A DNA stretch of 64,000 bases from Octopus sinensis (GCF_006345805.1 NC_042997.1:165912001-165976000); one strand, 5' to 3'. Positions 36,611 to 48,720 are shown, counted from the stretch's first letter. Numbers and translations are program-made. Notes: generated by a model from the letters alone, not told the origin.

Positions 36611-37840
36611 TAAGTTATTCCGAAAATAATGACCGATTTCAGAAACAATTTTATTCTGGAAAAATTAATAATAGAAATGTTTTGATTAGTCAAAGTATAT
36701 GCGCCGTGAACATCTATACATCTCTGCTATCGGTCAACCAGATTATGCCACGAAGATAAAAACTTATTGGCTTTGATATTAAGAAATCTTTGAAAGCTGA
36801 TTCTACCTCTGATTTGAACCTGAAAACTTTATCACTTAAAAACGTGTTTAAATGCTTTAAAAATGGCAGTCTGTGAGTGAAAGAGCAGGAGAATGTGAAG
36901 GATGTGGTAAAGTCTCGTATCTCAAGTCTGTGAGTTCCTGCAGCGTCATTCTTGCAACATGTGGCTTTGCATTATCGTGGAGCAGAATTGGGCCATGCCG
37001 ATTCACCAATGCAGGTCTCATATTTTGCATGTGAGCATGCATTTCAGCAAGTTGATTGTAGTAAACCTCTGCTGTAATGCTCTGATTGGCTTCCAGAAAG
37101 CTGTATTGGACAACACCAATTGTAGACTACGAGACAGTCACCATAATCTTTTACTGATGCAACTTTGGCTTTGGGAAACGTTTGGGGGATTCATCATGAT
37201 CAAGCCATTGACCCGATCGTTTACGGTTATCATAAAGGATCCACTTTTCGTCATTAAGTGATAATTCGGTCAAGAAAAGGATCATTGGTGTTTCGCAGAA
37301 AGAGCATCGAGCACACTTCAAAACGCCGAACCTTTTGATTTTCATTGAGCTCATGCAGTACCCATTTATCAAGCTTTTTCACATTACCAATCTTCTGCAG
37401 ATAGCGTGAGACCGTTGCGATACCGACATCAAGTGTCTGAGACATTTCTCTGACACTTTGACGTGTGTTTTGTTCAACAATTGCTTTCAATTGTTCATTG
37501 TCAAGCCTGCACGACCGTCCTCTACCTTCTTCATCTTCAAGGCTCTCATCACAACTACGAAATTTCTGAAACCCCCTTCGTACTGCGATCACTTGTGGAC
37601 CCCTCTCCCCATAAACTGTTGATATCGGCAGCAGTTTGGGAGGCTTTGTGCCCAAGCTTGAACTCATTAAGGGCACCTATGCATTAAGTATATTTTCTGT
37701 CTGAAATAAGTAGAAAATTATTAAAGAGCATATATCAATTATTAAGTATGTCAAAATTCACCTAAAATATAATTAAAATACTATGATAAAATTGTTTCAA
37801 AACACAACTTAGAGCGGCTATTATTTTCGGAACAACATAA
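36610..37840 (-). mobile_element. Near-full-length mariner (Hsmar1/cecropia-like), defective
   Basis: Imperfect TIRs TTA(A/T)GTT(A/G)TTCCGAAAATAAT, TA TSD, WVLHEL, DEKWILYDN, LHDNAKPH, HPSHSPALSLTD. Confidence 0.9.
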
Positions 37841-37842
37841 TA

Positions 37843-38092
37843 GATGTATGTGTGTATGCATGTATGTATGTATGTATGTATGTATGTATGTATGTATGTA
37901 TGTATGTATGTATGTATGTATGTATGTATGTATTTATGTATGTATGTATGTATGTATGTATGTATGTGTGTATGCATGTGTGTGTGTGCATGTGTGTATG
38001 TATGTATGAATGCACTGGAGTCTTAATTCCATCCATCCATCCATCCATCCATCCATCCATCCATACATCCATCCATACATACATACATACAT
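37843..38092. repeat. (TATG)n then (CATC)/(CATA)n microsatellites
   Basis: Direct reading. Confidence 0.9.
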
Positions 38093-38645
38093 GGTGGCTG
38101 CCCCCTCGTTATCGAGTATGGCCATTGCACGAAGCTTAATCAATGTTGTTATCATGCAATGCCTGTGCAAGAAGATTTTTTTTTAAGTGAGGAAAGGCTG
38201 TGCACTGAGTCAATCCCACTCACTAAGCAACAGCAGCCATAATCCGAAAAGAAGAACAAGTCAACATCATCGGTAACCACTGAGCCGCAGGTTTTATGTC
38301 GGAGTTATCCCAGTTACCCGAGTTACCTTCTCCTAGAAGGATGCCCTAACAAAGGCTGGGAGTCCTTCACTCCCAATGGTTTAACCGCGCGATCGGGTAT
38401 TCAGTCCGATTATTTCTATGTCTCCGCACATGATACAGCCTTAAGACATTTATTGGATGGCCGTTGACTCTCAAGAGTTCCTCCGCCCTTTGATTGGTTT
38501 TGTTTTTCATCCCACAGGATGTCCAATAAACACCCTCCTCACCAAGCAAGCTTGGTGGGGTTGCCGGTTTAGTCGCCGACGGCCCGACCATGCATCAGGT
38601 TGTACTGGGTTACATGTTACCAGTAGCACTCGAAAGTGACCTGAC
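38093..38645 (-). mobile_element. Non-coding retroposon family H embedded in (CATA)n
   Basis: About 550 bp with sharp microsatellite boundaries on both sides; carries a LINE 5'UTR-like motif (38320-38357) also present at 57684-57721. Confidence 0.55.
38564..38645 (-). ncRNA. Candidate HDV-like ribozyme at the 5' end of family H
   Basis: 7-bp P1 GUCAGGU/ACCUGAU with G1.U wobble; UUCG hairpin in J1/2; P2 CUGGU/ACCGG; P3 UGU/ACA with CC in L3; P4; J4/2 CUAA. The P2-P3 junction has 4 extra nt. Confidence 0.4.
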
Positions 38646-38721
38646 ATAAACATACATACATACATACATACATACATACATACATACATACGTACGTACG
38701 TTCGTGGCACTCCGTCGGTTA

Positions 38722-41091
38722 CTCCGTGGAGCGTTCCCCTTGCTCATCAGAAGACTGCTCCAAGATTCTCTGCAAAAAAGTCCAGATGTGAATCAAGGAA
38801 ATGGACTTTTAGTGACATCCGACAGCCCATTTCAGCTTAGGAGTCTAGAAGACATGTCACTCTATTTCTAAACTCTAGAGATCTCTTGTTGCCTAGGAAA
38901 CTTCCACAGAGCCATTTGAAAGATTTCCAGGCTTTAAGCTCAATCTCATCGAGTGCTGTGAGGAAGTGGTTGCCCTTCAACAGTTCTTTTATCTGCGGAC
39001 CTATGAATACCGTAAATCCTCGAGTATAATCCGCATTTTCCATCCAAAATTTAAAGGTCAAAATCGCTAGTGTGTATTATATACGAGGTTAGAAATGAAA
39101 AATATTTTCTAAGCAATGTCCGAGTCTCTATTTGCTGTCCGGCAATGTTTATTTAGACACATTTTGTGATGTCAGGCACGAAAATACCTTAAGCTAAGCC
39201 TGAAAGTAATGTAGTCATAAAAGAATCATCCTTAACTTGCAGTAAGCAACATTTATTAAAATAAAAGTATTCAGAACACAGAATAACATGTAACAAAAAT
39301 AATTTGCAAACATATTTACATTCCCATATAACAGTTAAGAACATCACCATTATTGTATTACGCATGAGCGGAAGTGTTTGGTCGACTAGGTACTGCTGGC
39401 TTAATTACGCACGACTCAAGTTATTATACACATGGTTTAGGTTTTTCAGAGGTACAGCCCCCTAAAAATCCCCTGCGTATTATACTCAAGGGCGGACTAT
39501 ACTCGAGGATTTACGGTATGCTCTCCTACAGTTTTGCCTCAGTGATTTTTGGAAATTTGGCCTTCACATATTCAAACGAATTGTTTCAAGAGGCCAAGCT
39601 TTATGTGAAGAGGGTAAGAGGGGGAAGAAGAAAATTTTCTGGGTTTAAAAGTGGCTTACTCTGGACGCTAGAAACTTCCGGCTCATATGATTTTGCAATC
39701 ACTCTGATTGCACATAGTGCTTGTTAGTTGCACCTGTCCCATAGGCATAAAAACCAACAATATTTCGTGAACCCAGGTTGCATTCCCATCAACATTCCAA
39801 TCACCTTCAAGTCTCCACATATTTTCCAGTTGTAGTTTGTATACTGTATGGCATTGAAGAGTACTTGCATGTTTTCATAACACTCCTTCATGTGAACTGA
39901 ATGTCCTATGGGAATGGATGGTTTCTTATAGCCGTTGTGTAGTAGTACTGCCTTGAGGCTTCTGTTAGATGAATCAATGAATAAGCGCCATTCAGCTGGA
40001 ACATGCCCTTGGAACAAACAGCAAAATAATTCATCAGTGTTATTACTGAAACAAAGTGGTCCATCAACAGAGAAGCATGAAGTCAGATCCCTATTTCTCT
40101 TCCTGAAATGAGTAATACAAACATCTTTCTTAAGCAGATACTTTTCTTCGACAATGACAAGTCTCTATCTAAATCATTTAACTCTCCTTGAGAGAATTTC
40201 TGTGGTACGTCTTCATGAAATCTGCATCCACTTCGGTGTCTTTCACAGCAGTGGTATTTTCCTCAGGAAATACATCGTCAGACATCTGAAGGCCATTTTC
40301 TAGTGGTATTGAATAGGAAGATCATCATCGTTGTGTGGTACTGGTCTTCTTGCTGATTCCAAGTTGGGATACACAATCTTATGCTTGGTCTTTACAGTAA
40401 ACCCACACATATTAACGTTGCAGAAATAACAGTTCATGAAATAATCCTTTGGCTCTCTCCATATCATACGTTTTGCAAACGGCATTGCTCTCTTCCTCTT
40501 ATTTAGCCAATCCCTTAGTCCATTTGAACAAGTTGAGCAGATGATGTGCGGGGCTCAACTGTTATCTTGATCGCCGAGAGAACAGCCAAATCATAACTGG
40601 TAGATCTTCTTGATTTCACTTGTGAAGGTATGTTGCTGAGCTTTGTGGTAAATGAACTACAGACATGACAAAATATATCAGGACTGTTCTTGCAATGCCT
40701 TGACATCCTGAGTAGAATTTGATGATGATAATGACTTGGCACCTTAAACAGAAAGTAAAATTTATGAAAAGAAAAGATTATAAAAACATAAAATTACAAA
40801 ATGAATACAAATATTTATAAAACAGAAGTCAGAATTTACTTGTATAAGACGTTTACGTGTAGCGATACTGCTGATGGGAGTTATATACTCCTCTTATCTC
40901 ATCAGAAAAACTGTGCCTAGCAGAAGGAAACCGATTACATATAAATGAAAATTGACTGTTGACCAGTGTTATCAAGTTCGTCGCATCAAATTTTAAGCAA
41001 TAACCTTTTTTTTTAGCCGCATGTTAGTTAACTGAGTTAAGCATAAAAACTATATGATTCCTGCTCTTTGTACCCCAGAACAATTACAGTG
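38722..41091 (-). mobile_element. Chapaev3-like (CMC superfamily) DNA transposon relic
   Basis: FCHVC..D..WAPHIICSTC, WREPKD...CYFC, WRLFIDSS.RSLKAVLLHNG, ICGDLKVI, PLHIKLGLLKQFV, IFIGPQI, SLKVHFLDSH, DEQGER; CACTG-like end at 41091. The superfamily name is from memory. Confidence 0.7.
39010..39516. mobile_element. 507-bp Tc1/mariner-pogo-type MITE inside the Chapaev-like transposase
   Basis: Perfect 19-bp TIR CCGTAAATCCTCGAGTATA with TA TSD; removing it restores FPKITEAKL*ESIFIGPQIKEL. Confidence 0.9.
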
Positions 41092-41471
41092 AGTTTTTAT
41101 GTTATTTGTGCGTGTATTGTTTAAAGAAAAACAAATATTTATTGTAATGCCCTACCAATAATCATTCGATAATGATGTAGGAATGGAGTCGAAAATAAAA
41201 CCATACACACACGCATGCTGTTATATGTGCTGAAAGAGAGAATGATAGAGAAGAATAGAAGAGGTAAGACAGGCAGACAGAAATGGTGACTGAGGAGTAG
41301 GAATGCATACACACTCACTCGTACTCTCTGCCTTTCTTTCCTTCATACATACACAAATAATCATTTGCGAAATAACAGGTAGTAGCTGTAAATAGTCCAA
41401 TATCGCCCTTAATGAAGGTATTTTCTGTGTAACATAACATTACTGAATTTCTCTGGAAAATTTACCTTCTA

Positions 41472-41870
41472 TGAGGGTCGGCTGAACATTTCAAAGGCTA
41501 GCCAAAATACTCTCGTGGAATCTGATCAAATGAGATTTATCTTTTAACATAGTCTTCTACCATTGGAGCTGCAATGCTATGGTCCCATTGTGGGAGAAGC
41601 TTTCATCCTGTAGGTAAAAAAAGTCAACAGCAGATATGCAGTCACGATTACTGTGATATTTGTTCCCATCCAAGTGCTTTTTCTTGTTGAGGAAGAGATG
41701 ATAGTCAGATAAGGCGAAATCAGGAGAATAAGGATTGTGATCAGCCACTTCGAAGCCACAGTCACGCTCAGCTGCCATTAAAACCAAAGATTTGTATGCT
41801 GGAGAATTGTTCTGATGAAGCAAAACTCCTTTTGTCAGTTTTCCTAGGCGTTGGTGTTGCACGCAGAGCA
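41472..41870 (-). mobile_element. Mariner 3' fragment with TIR
   Basis: GVLLHQNNSPAYK, HNPYSPDFALSDYHLF; TIR TGAGGGTCGGCTGAA after TA. Confidence 0.8.
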
Positions 41871-41904
41871 CTTGGATTTTTTTCACCCCCACCTTCCATG
41901 GTAA

Positions 41905-42090
41905 TCAATGGAATAACAATCGAGGGAATTAGGAGACCCGAAAGTGAGGCTGGTGAAGTCGTAGAAATTCTCCGACTACTACCTCTGACTTTAACCGGAT
42001 ATATGATAAGGAGCCAAATCCTGCTGCCACACATATGGCCTTCCAGCAGAAACCCTCTCCTGTCAGAGTTTGACCACAGTCATCAGTAGT
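41905..42090 (-). mobile_element. Tc1/mariner DD37D (maT-like) transposase fragment
   Basis: Minus-strand GRPYVWQQDLAPYH...ENF...PNSLDC. Confidence 0.6.
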
Positions 42091-42109
42091 TTCACATAGC
42101 TATTAAACT

Positions 42110-42470
42110 GATCCTCAAGCGTTGTTCAAAGACGTGGGGGCAAATTCTGGTGATATGGACGTCGTCAAAACACCCACTGTATCCCTTCCTACTGGCCATA
42201 GCTTTATAGCCTCTGCAGATCTCCATGCCCGCCTTACAAACTTTGCAGTGTTTATAGCCGTTCAAGAATTTGGACCTGGAGATCTCCATGTCCAGCGACT
42301 TCGAGGGCCACCTCCCAGTGGTGTCGGGCGTCAACAAAGAGCCCTCGACTACAACAAAACGACCAAAGTTTTTTTTTCCAAGATCTGGGGTCTCCCGCCC
42401 CTTAGCCCTAGACCATCACCTAATCACCCTTACCCGTCTTGTTGCTTAACACAACAGCAGTGTTTATAGA
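42110..42470 (+). mobile_element. Family F retroelement 3' end (longer copy)
   Basis: Matches the TSD-flanked insert at 1460-1669; ends TTGCTTAACACAAC. Confidence 0.75.
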
Positions 42471-42767
42471 GCATTGAACAGCAGTCATGATGTCAGTATT
42501 TTGATATCCAGTGTGAATCATCATGATACAGTTAACTCTTTTCCAATATTTAATATCCCTTTCAGCTAAGTTTTTCTTGACTCCAATTTTAATTTTTACG
42601 CTTTCCAACACCGTTGACTGTTCACCAATGCATCAATCAGTTCATGTAAAAAGGAGACATACAAATCGTCTATCATCGATATGTGATTTTAATGTATCAA
42701 TATTATATGGGATCTTCTGCTGATAGATTATTGACTTCAGTGAGATTAGGTTGATGAAGGCCATATT

Positions 42768-43531
42768 TACTCTTTTACTCTCTTTACTCTTTTACTTGTT
42801 TCATGACTGCGGCCATGACTGCTGGAGCACCGCCTTTTATCGAGCAAATCGACCCCGGGACTTATTCTTTTGTAAGCCCAGTACTTATTCTATCGGTCTC
42901 TTTTGCCGAACCGCTAAGTAACGGGGACATAAGCACACCAGCATCAATTGTCAAGCAATGCTAGGGGGACAGACACAGACACACAAACACACACACGCAT
43001 ATATACTCTTTACTCTTTTACTCTTTTACTTGTTTCAGTCATTTTGACTGCGGCCATGCTGGAGCACCGCCTTTAGTCGAGCAAATCGACCCCGGGACAT
43101 ATTCTTTGTAAGCCCAGTACTTATTCTATCGGTCTCTTTTGCCGAACCGCTAAGTAACGGGGACATAAGCACACCAGCATCAATTGTCAAGCAATGCTAG
43201 GGGGACAGACACAGACACACAAACACAAACACGCATATATACTCTTTACTCCTTTACTCTTTTACTTGTTTCAGTCATTTTGACTGCGGCCATGCTGGAG
43301 CACCGCCTTTAGTCGAGCAAATCGACCCCGGGACATATTCTTTGTAAGCCCAGTACTTATTCTATCTGTCTCTTTTGCCGAACCGCTAAGTGACGGGGAC
43401 GTAAACACACCAGCATCGGTTGTCAAGCAATGCTAAGGGGACAAACACAGACACACAAACACACACACATATACATATATATATAAGCCTTGTGAGTGGA
43501 TTTGGTAGACGGAAACTGAAAGAAGTCCGTC

Positions 43532-43575
<44 letters not shown>

Positions 43576-43778
43576 GACGGACTTCTTTCAGTTTCCGTCT
43601 ACATATATATATATACGACGGACTTCTTTCAGTTTCCGTCTACCAAATCCACTCACAAGGCTTTAGTCGGCCCGAGGCTATAGTAGAAGACACTTGCCCA
43701 AGGTGCCACGCAGTGAACTGAACCCGGAACCGTGTGGTTGGTAAACAAGCTACTTACCACACAGCCACTCCTGCGCCT
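42768..43778 (-). mobile_element. SINE family B with triplicated 3' half and a local foldback at (TA)n
   Basis: Units of about 236 bp start at 42768, 43004 and 43240; 5' half at 43575-43778. Confidence 0.9.
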
Positions 43779-43909
43779 ATCCCTTTCTTGAAGTTCTTGA
43801 CCATTTATATCCTTAAGCTTGTTGAATTGTTGAGTTCTTCTCGTACTCCGTTTTTATGTTAGGGTAAGTGGGGATTATAGATTTTCAAATTAATTTCATT
43901 TATCTAACT

Positions 43910-44075
43910 ATCTATCTATCTATCTATCTATCTCTCTCTCTCTATCTATCTATCTCTATCTATCTATCTATCTATCTATCTGTCTGTCTATCTATCTCTC
44001 TGTCTATCTATCTCTCTGTCTGTCTGTCTGTTTGCCTGCCTGCCTGTCTGTCTGTCTGTCTATCTATCTATCAAC
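43910..44075. repeat. (TCTA)/(TCTG)n microsatellite
   Basis: Direct reading. Confidence 0.9.
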
Positions 44076-45275
44076 TTTTTCCACCGCCACTATCATCATC
44101 AACAACAACAACACAACCACCATTAGCATCAAAACCAATACAATCACCATCATTACCAACTCATTAACTAATTAATGACCTATAATAACAACAACAATAA
44201 TATGAGGAATGTAAACAACTCCATCTAAAATAAAGGACAACCACATGAAAAAATGAGATAGCCTAGTATATTTTAGAAGCTGAATGGAACGTGTTTGATC
44301 TGAATAGTTTGAATAATATGACCACCACCACCAACAACAACAGTATTCTCACTATCACCGCCATAACCAAAACCAAAACCATTACAACCAATACACATCT
44401 ACCAACCGTCTGACAGCTATAATAGTATTAGCATGCTTTTTTTTGGGGGGGGGGATCAGAGAGAGAAAGGAAGACAGATAGAAAGTGAGGAGTTAGAGGT
44501 TCAAGTGTCCAAGAACCTGGTAACCCTTCAATTAACTGTAATTATGTAGTACTTTCCTTTCTCCCACCACATCCTTTCAGTCTTTCATCTCAGTTCTAAT
44601 CTTAGGAAAAAGATATTTGCTCTTACAAAACAGTTTTTTTTCCTGGTGCTATTTGTTTTACTATAAATTTGTTATGAATAATTGTTGATAGCTGCTGCTG
44701 CTAGATCTACCCACAATTCAAGATGCCTGGAAGACAGGAAAAAATCAGCCCCATTACCAAAACATTAACGCTTGCAACATCTAGAAAGAAATTAAGTCAG
44801 GAGCTCGAGAAGCTAGCCAGTTAACTGACTGAACCTTATTTCTACATAAATCTGATGCGATGCTCAAAATGGAGCGATTCTTGAATATCTGAATCGAGGA
44901 TCAGACTTCACTTAATATGCCGATCAGCACGATGATTATCACACACCACCCCCGTCAGAAAAAAAAAATGTTTGTATAACGATTTGCGTAAAAACAAGAT
45001 GAATCATCGAACGAAAAGTATTTTCTGGCTAGTGAAAGCTTGTTTGAAAGGTTTAATAACAATTTGTGTGACATAAAAATGAATGCTGTATCTGCTGGTG
45101 CTGATATAGAGGCTGCTACTAACTATCAAGAGCAGCTGAGAAAAATGTTTGCTGAAGGGTTCTAGATACCAGAGCAAGTATAAAATATTGATAAAACTGC
45201 ATTTTCCTGGAAGGGTGTGCCTGCTAGAATATTTATTTCTTGAGATGAAAAAAGAAAAATCACCACCAGGATATA

Positions 45276-45491
45276 CGTGGGCTTGCTGAAAAGTTCTTGG
45301 CTTTAAAGGTGTCACGAAAGGCCTGGTTTTAGGCCCAACCTTCCGAGTTCTTTTATAGGGCTTATAAAAACTGAAGCACCGCTGCAAATAGCGTATGAAC
45401 TTGAGAGGAGAACATTCTGAATAAAATTATAATTAATTGATCCACCTGTATTTTCTTTTACCCAAAGCTAGGAACTTTTCAGCACCCCTCC
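45276..45491. mobile_element. 216-bp mariner-derived MITE
   Basis: Imperfect TIRs ..GGG.TGCTGAAAAGTTC.T.GCTTT with TA TSD; the flanks rejoin in the Tigger frame. Confidence 0.8.
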
Positions 45492-46104
45492 TAAGTCTTC
45501 CAAAATTCGTCTGATGTTTTTGCAGGGAGGAAACGTGATTGGTGATATGAATTTAAAGCCTCTACTCGTGGATCACTCCGAAAATCAAAGGGCTTTCAAG
45601 AGTTACGCTAAGTTTACCTTTGATTTGGCGTTCAAATAAGAAGAAGGCATAAAATACTAAGAGCATTTCGAAGAATAGTTTACAAACACATTTTGTCATT
45701 CTGTAGAAAGGTACAGTGCCAGACATTAACATTTCCAACAAAGTTTTGCTGTTTCAGGACAATGAACCAAACTATCAAGAGAACTTAAATCGGTTTTTGA
45801 GAATGTGGGATTGGAATATATACCGAAGAATATAATTTTTTTGCTTCAGTCAATGAATCAAAGTGTGATAGCTAACATTTATGCATATTATCTGAGAAGA
45901 ACTTTCAACCTTATGAAAGCAATTAACAGTAAAGATAAATCTACAGTTAAAGACTTGGAGTTCAACATAATATTATGCAGTGAATAGCATAACTCAATCA
46001 TGGGACGATGTGAAATCTTGTACTTTGAATGGTGCTTGATAAAATACATAGCCAGGCTGAATTTGTGACTTTACAAGTTTTTCACAAATAGAAATTCCTC
46101 AGGT

Positions 46105-46525
46105 GTAGGCGTGGTTGTGTGGTAAGAAGCTTGCTACCCAACCACACGGTTCCGCGTTAAGTCCCACTGCGCAGCACCTTGGCCAAGTGTCTTCTGCTCC
46201 ATCTCGGGCTGACCAAACCAAAGCCTTGTGAGTGAATTTGGTAGACGGAAACTGAAAGAAACCCATTGTATATCTATCTACCTTGCTATCTATCTACGAG
46301 TGTGTGTCTTTTTTTCTCTGTGTTTGTCCCCAACCGGTGTTGGTGGTTTTACGTACTCGTAACTTAGCAGTTCGGCAAAATAGACCGATAGAATAAGTAC
46401 CAGGGTTAACAAAATAAATGAAGTAAGTAATTAATAAGCACTAGGGTCGAGTCATTCGCTAAAAGTGCTTCAAGGCGGTGCCCCAGCATGGCCGCAGTCT
46501 AATGACTGAAACAAGTAAAAGGCAA
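46105..46525 (+). mobile_element. SINE family B
   Basis: Head GGCGTGGTTGTGTGGTAAG; tail GGCGGTGCCCCAGCATGGCCGCAGTC. Confidence 0.85.
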
Positions 46526-47199
46526 AAGGTTAAATTTGGTAAGATATCGTAACACTTGCATATAATGTAGGGTTTGAAGAAATCATAGCGAATAATGAGG
46601 TTGAACTGCTAGTTTCCACTTAAATTCACTGTAAAAAATACTGTTAAAGGGTTGGCACTTTAAGGGAAGATCTGCAGGTTTTTGATTATAAAGATCCTTA
46701 TCGTGAACGTAACAATGATTACAAGAGGAGTTTACAATGAGCTCAGTTCCTAGACTGAGTATACAAAGAGACGATGCGCTGTAAACATAAAATAAGTTAA
46801 ATTCTTCACAACTCAAACAGATGTTGATGATGAAGAATTAAAAGATAGAAGAACGTGTCTCGCATCCCCTCGCCATTAGATCTCATTTCACCAAAATCCT
46901 CACAGAAGGGTCAATATTTTTTGCGTGAAGAACGTACTCCATAACGATATTACGATTCTTATGCATTCCTTCAGCTAGTTCTCTTCAAATGTTTTAATGC
47001 AAATATATTGTACTATGTACGTTAAGAAATTGTTATTTTTGTGAATAAAAGTTGGTCGTGCTACTTGTTTGCTATTGTTGTGATGTTGGTTTGTTTTTCG
47101 GAAAAAATCCTTCGCAATTCATGTCACTTTATCATATGAAAGTAGAGAGGAAAATTAATTCCGGGTTATGGAATTTCACATATAACAATACTATCATGA

Positions 47200-47255
47200 A
47201 CCCACAACTTCCGTAACGCGAGGTGTTCGCGCATGCGCGCTTGTAACATGGCAGA
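47200..47255 (+). promoter_or_regulatory. CpG-rich cluster of ETS-, NRF1- and YY1-like motifs
   Basis: ACTTCCG 47207-47213, GCGCATGCGC 47229-47238 and AACATGGC 47245-47252 within AT-rich DNA. Confidence 0.35.
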
Positions 47256-47384
47256 ACGTTGTAATTATAGTTTATATAGAATTGTCTAGTTCAACAGCAA
47301 GAGTAAACAGTACCACTGCGTGGTACTGCGTTTGTAGCTAGAACAGCGTGGTATTACTTCAACTATGTAACCAGGCATAGCACT

Positions 47385-47615
47385 TATTTCTTTACTGCCC
47401 ACAAGGGGCTAGACACAGAGAGAACAAACAAGGACAGACAAACGTACTAAGTCGATTATATCGACCCCAGTGCGTAACTGGTACTTATTTAATCGACCCC
47501 GAAAGGATGAAAGGCAAAGTTGACCTCGGCGGAATTTGAACTCAGAGCGTAGCGGCAGACGAAATACCGCTAGGCATTTCACCCGGCGTGCTAACGTTTC
47601 TGCCAGCTCGCCGCC
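47385..47615 (-). mobile_element. SINE family A, full length, 17-bp TSD
   Basis: TAACCAGGCATAG(C/T)ACT at 47368-47384 and 47616-47632. Confidence 0.92.
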
Positions 47616-47635
47616 TAACCAGGCATAGTACTACT

Positions 47636-47850
47636 AAGTGGGGAATCTGCCAGTGTTGATATAGAATCCAGAGAGCTGAAAAATTATGGCTGAAGGGTAT
47701 ATAATATTGATAAATTTGCATTTTCTTGGAAAATCAACATCAGGATTCCAAAATTTGTCTGACGCTTCTTCAGGCAGGAAATGTGATGGTGATATAAATT
47801 TAAAGCCTCTACTCGTGTATAACTCCGAAAATCAAAAGGTTGCGCTAAGT
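47636..47850 (+). mobile_element. Second Tigger-like fragment
   Basis: Similar to 45100-45600 (GESASVD, KPLLVYNSENQK). Confidence 0.6.
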
Positions 47851-48227
47851 ACCACCAGTTCTTATTGACATTGTTGAATTCCACCACCCTGTGGTACAAT
47901 GAATACTTACACTGTTGAACAATAACATCCTGTGGCACTTTGAAACTACACAGTCGGACTACACTAGCTTGTGGTGACGTGAATACTGCTGAATAATATC
48001 CTTCTATGCTACTGTACCTACTACCATTGTTGAAATATGTGATACTGAAATTATGTACACTGTATGACAACGTGAAGACTTACTAGCATGGCTTGGTAAC
48101 ATGTACAATGCTTTCGCTAATTGTTTAAGGTGGATATGTATCCGCAAGCAAACATAGACACCCTCTTGTGTCTGCCATCCAGGATGTTGTGGTAGGAAAA
48201 AGGGAGAGAGAGGGATGGGAAAGATTG

Positions 48228-48258
<31 letters not shown>

Positions 48259-48584
48259 AAAGGAAAACGAGAAGAAGGGAGAGAGAAGGTGAGAGAAAGG
48301 AGGAAAGAGAGAGAGAGAGAGAGAGAGAGAAAGAAGGATGGAGAGAGGGGAAAGACAGCACTGGGCTGTCACCAATTTTTAGCTGTGTAGACGGGAGTAT
48401 TGGCAAATGAAGTGCCTTGCTTAAAGACACAACGCACCCCTGGGTTTAGGAATTGATCCCGTGGCATTATTATCTTAGTCGTGACAATAACAATTGCTCC
48501 ACAACACCCAAACCACTAGGCTATGCGCCTTCATAAACACACATTCAAACACACACTCACACCCAATATATTTACTTCTATATA

Positions 48585-48660
<76 letters not shown>

Positions 48661-48720
48661 TGGGTGTGTTTGCGCAGGTGCGTGTGTGTGTGTGTGTGCG
48701 TGTGTTCGTGTGTGCGTGTG
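48585..48720. repeat. (TA)n plus (GT)n microsatellite
   Basis: Direct reading. Confidence 0.95.

Larger units (their letters stand above)
44700..46990 (+). mobile_element. Tigger/pogo (TIGD-like) transposon relic interrupted by a MITE and a SINE
   Basis: SAGADIEAA, PEQV*NIDKT.F.WK, LPLIWRSNKK, NKVLLFQDN, LLQSMNQSVIA..YAYYLRRTF. Confidence 0.75.

Noticed and set aside
38564-38600. Hammerhead reading of CUGAUGC...CGACUAAACCGG
   Set aside because: A9, G12 and U16.1 are missing and there is no stem I; the HDV-like fold fits better.
42768-43485. CRISPR-like or satellite array
   Set aside because: The units are whole SINE halves with no unique spacers, and the context is eukaryotic.
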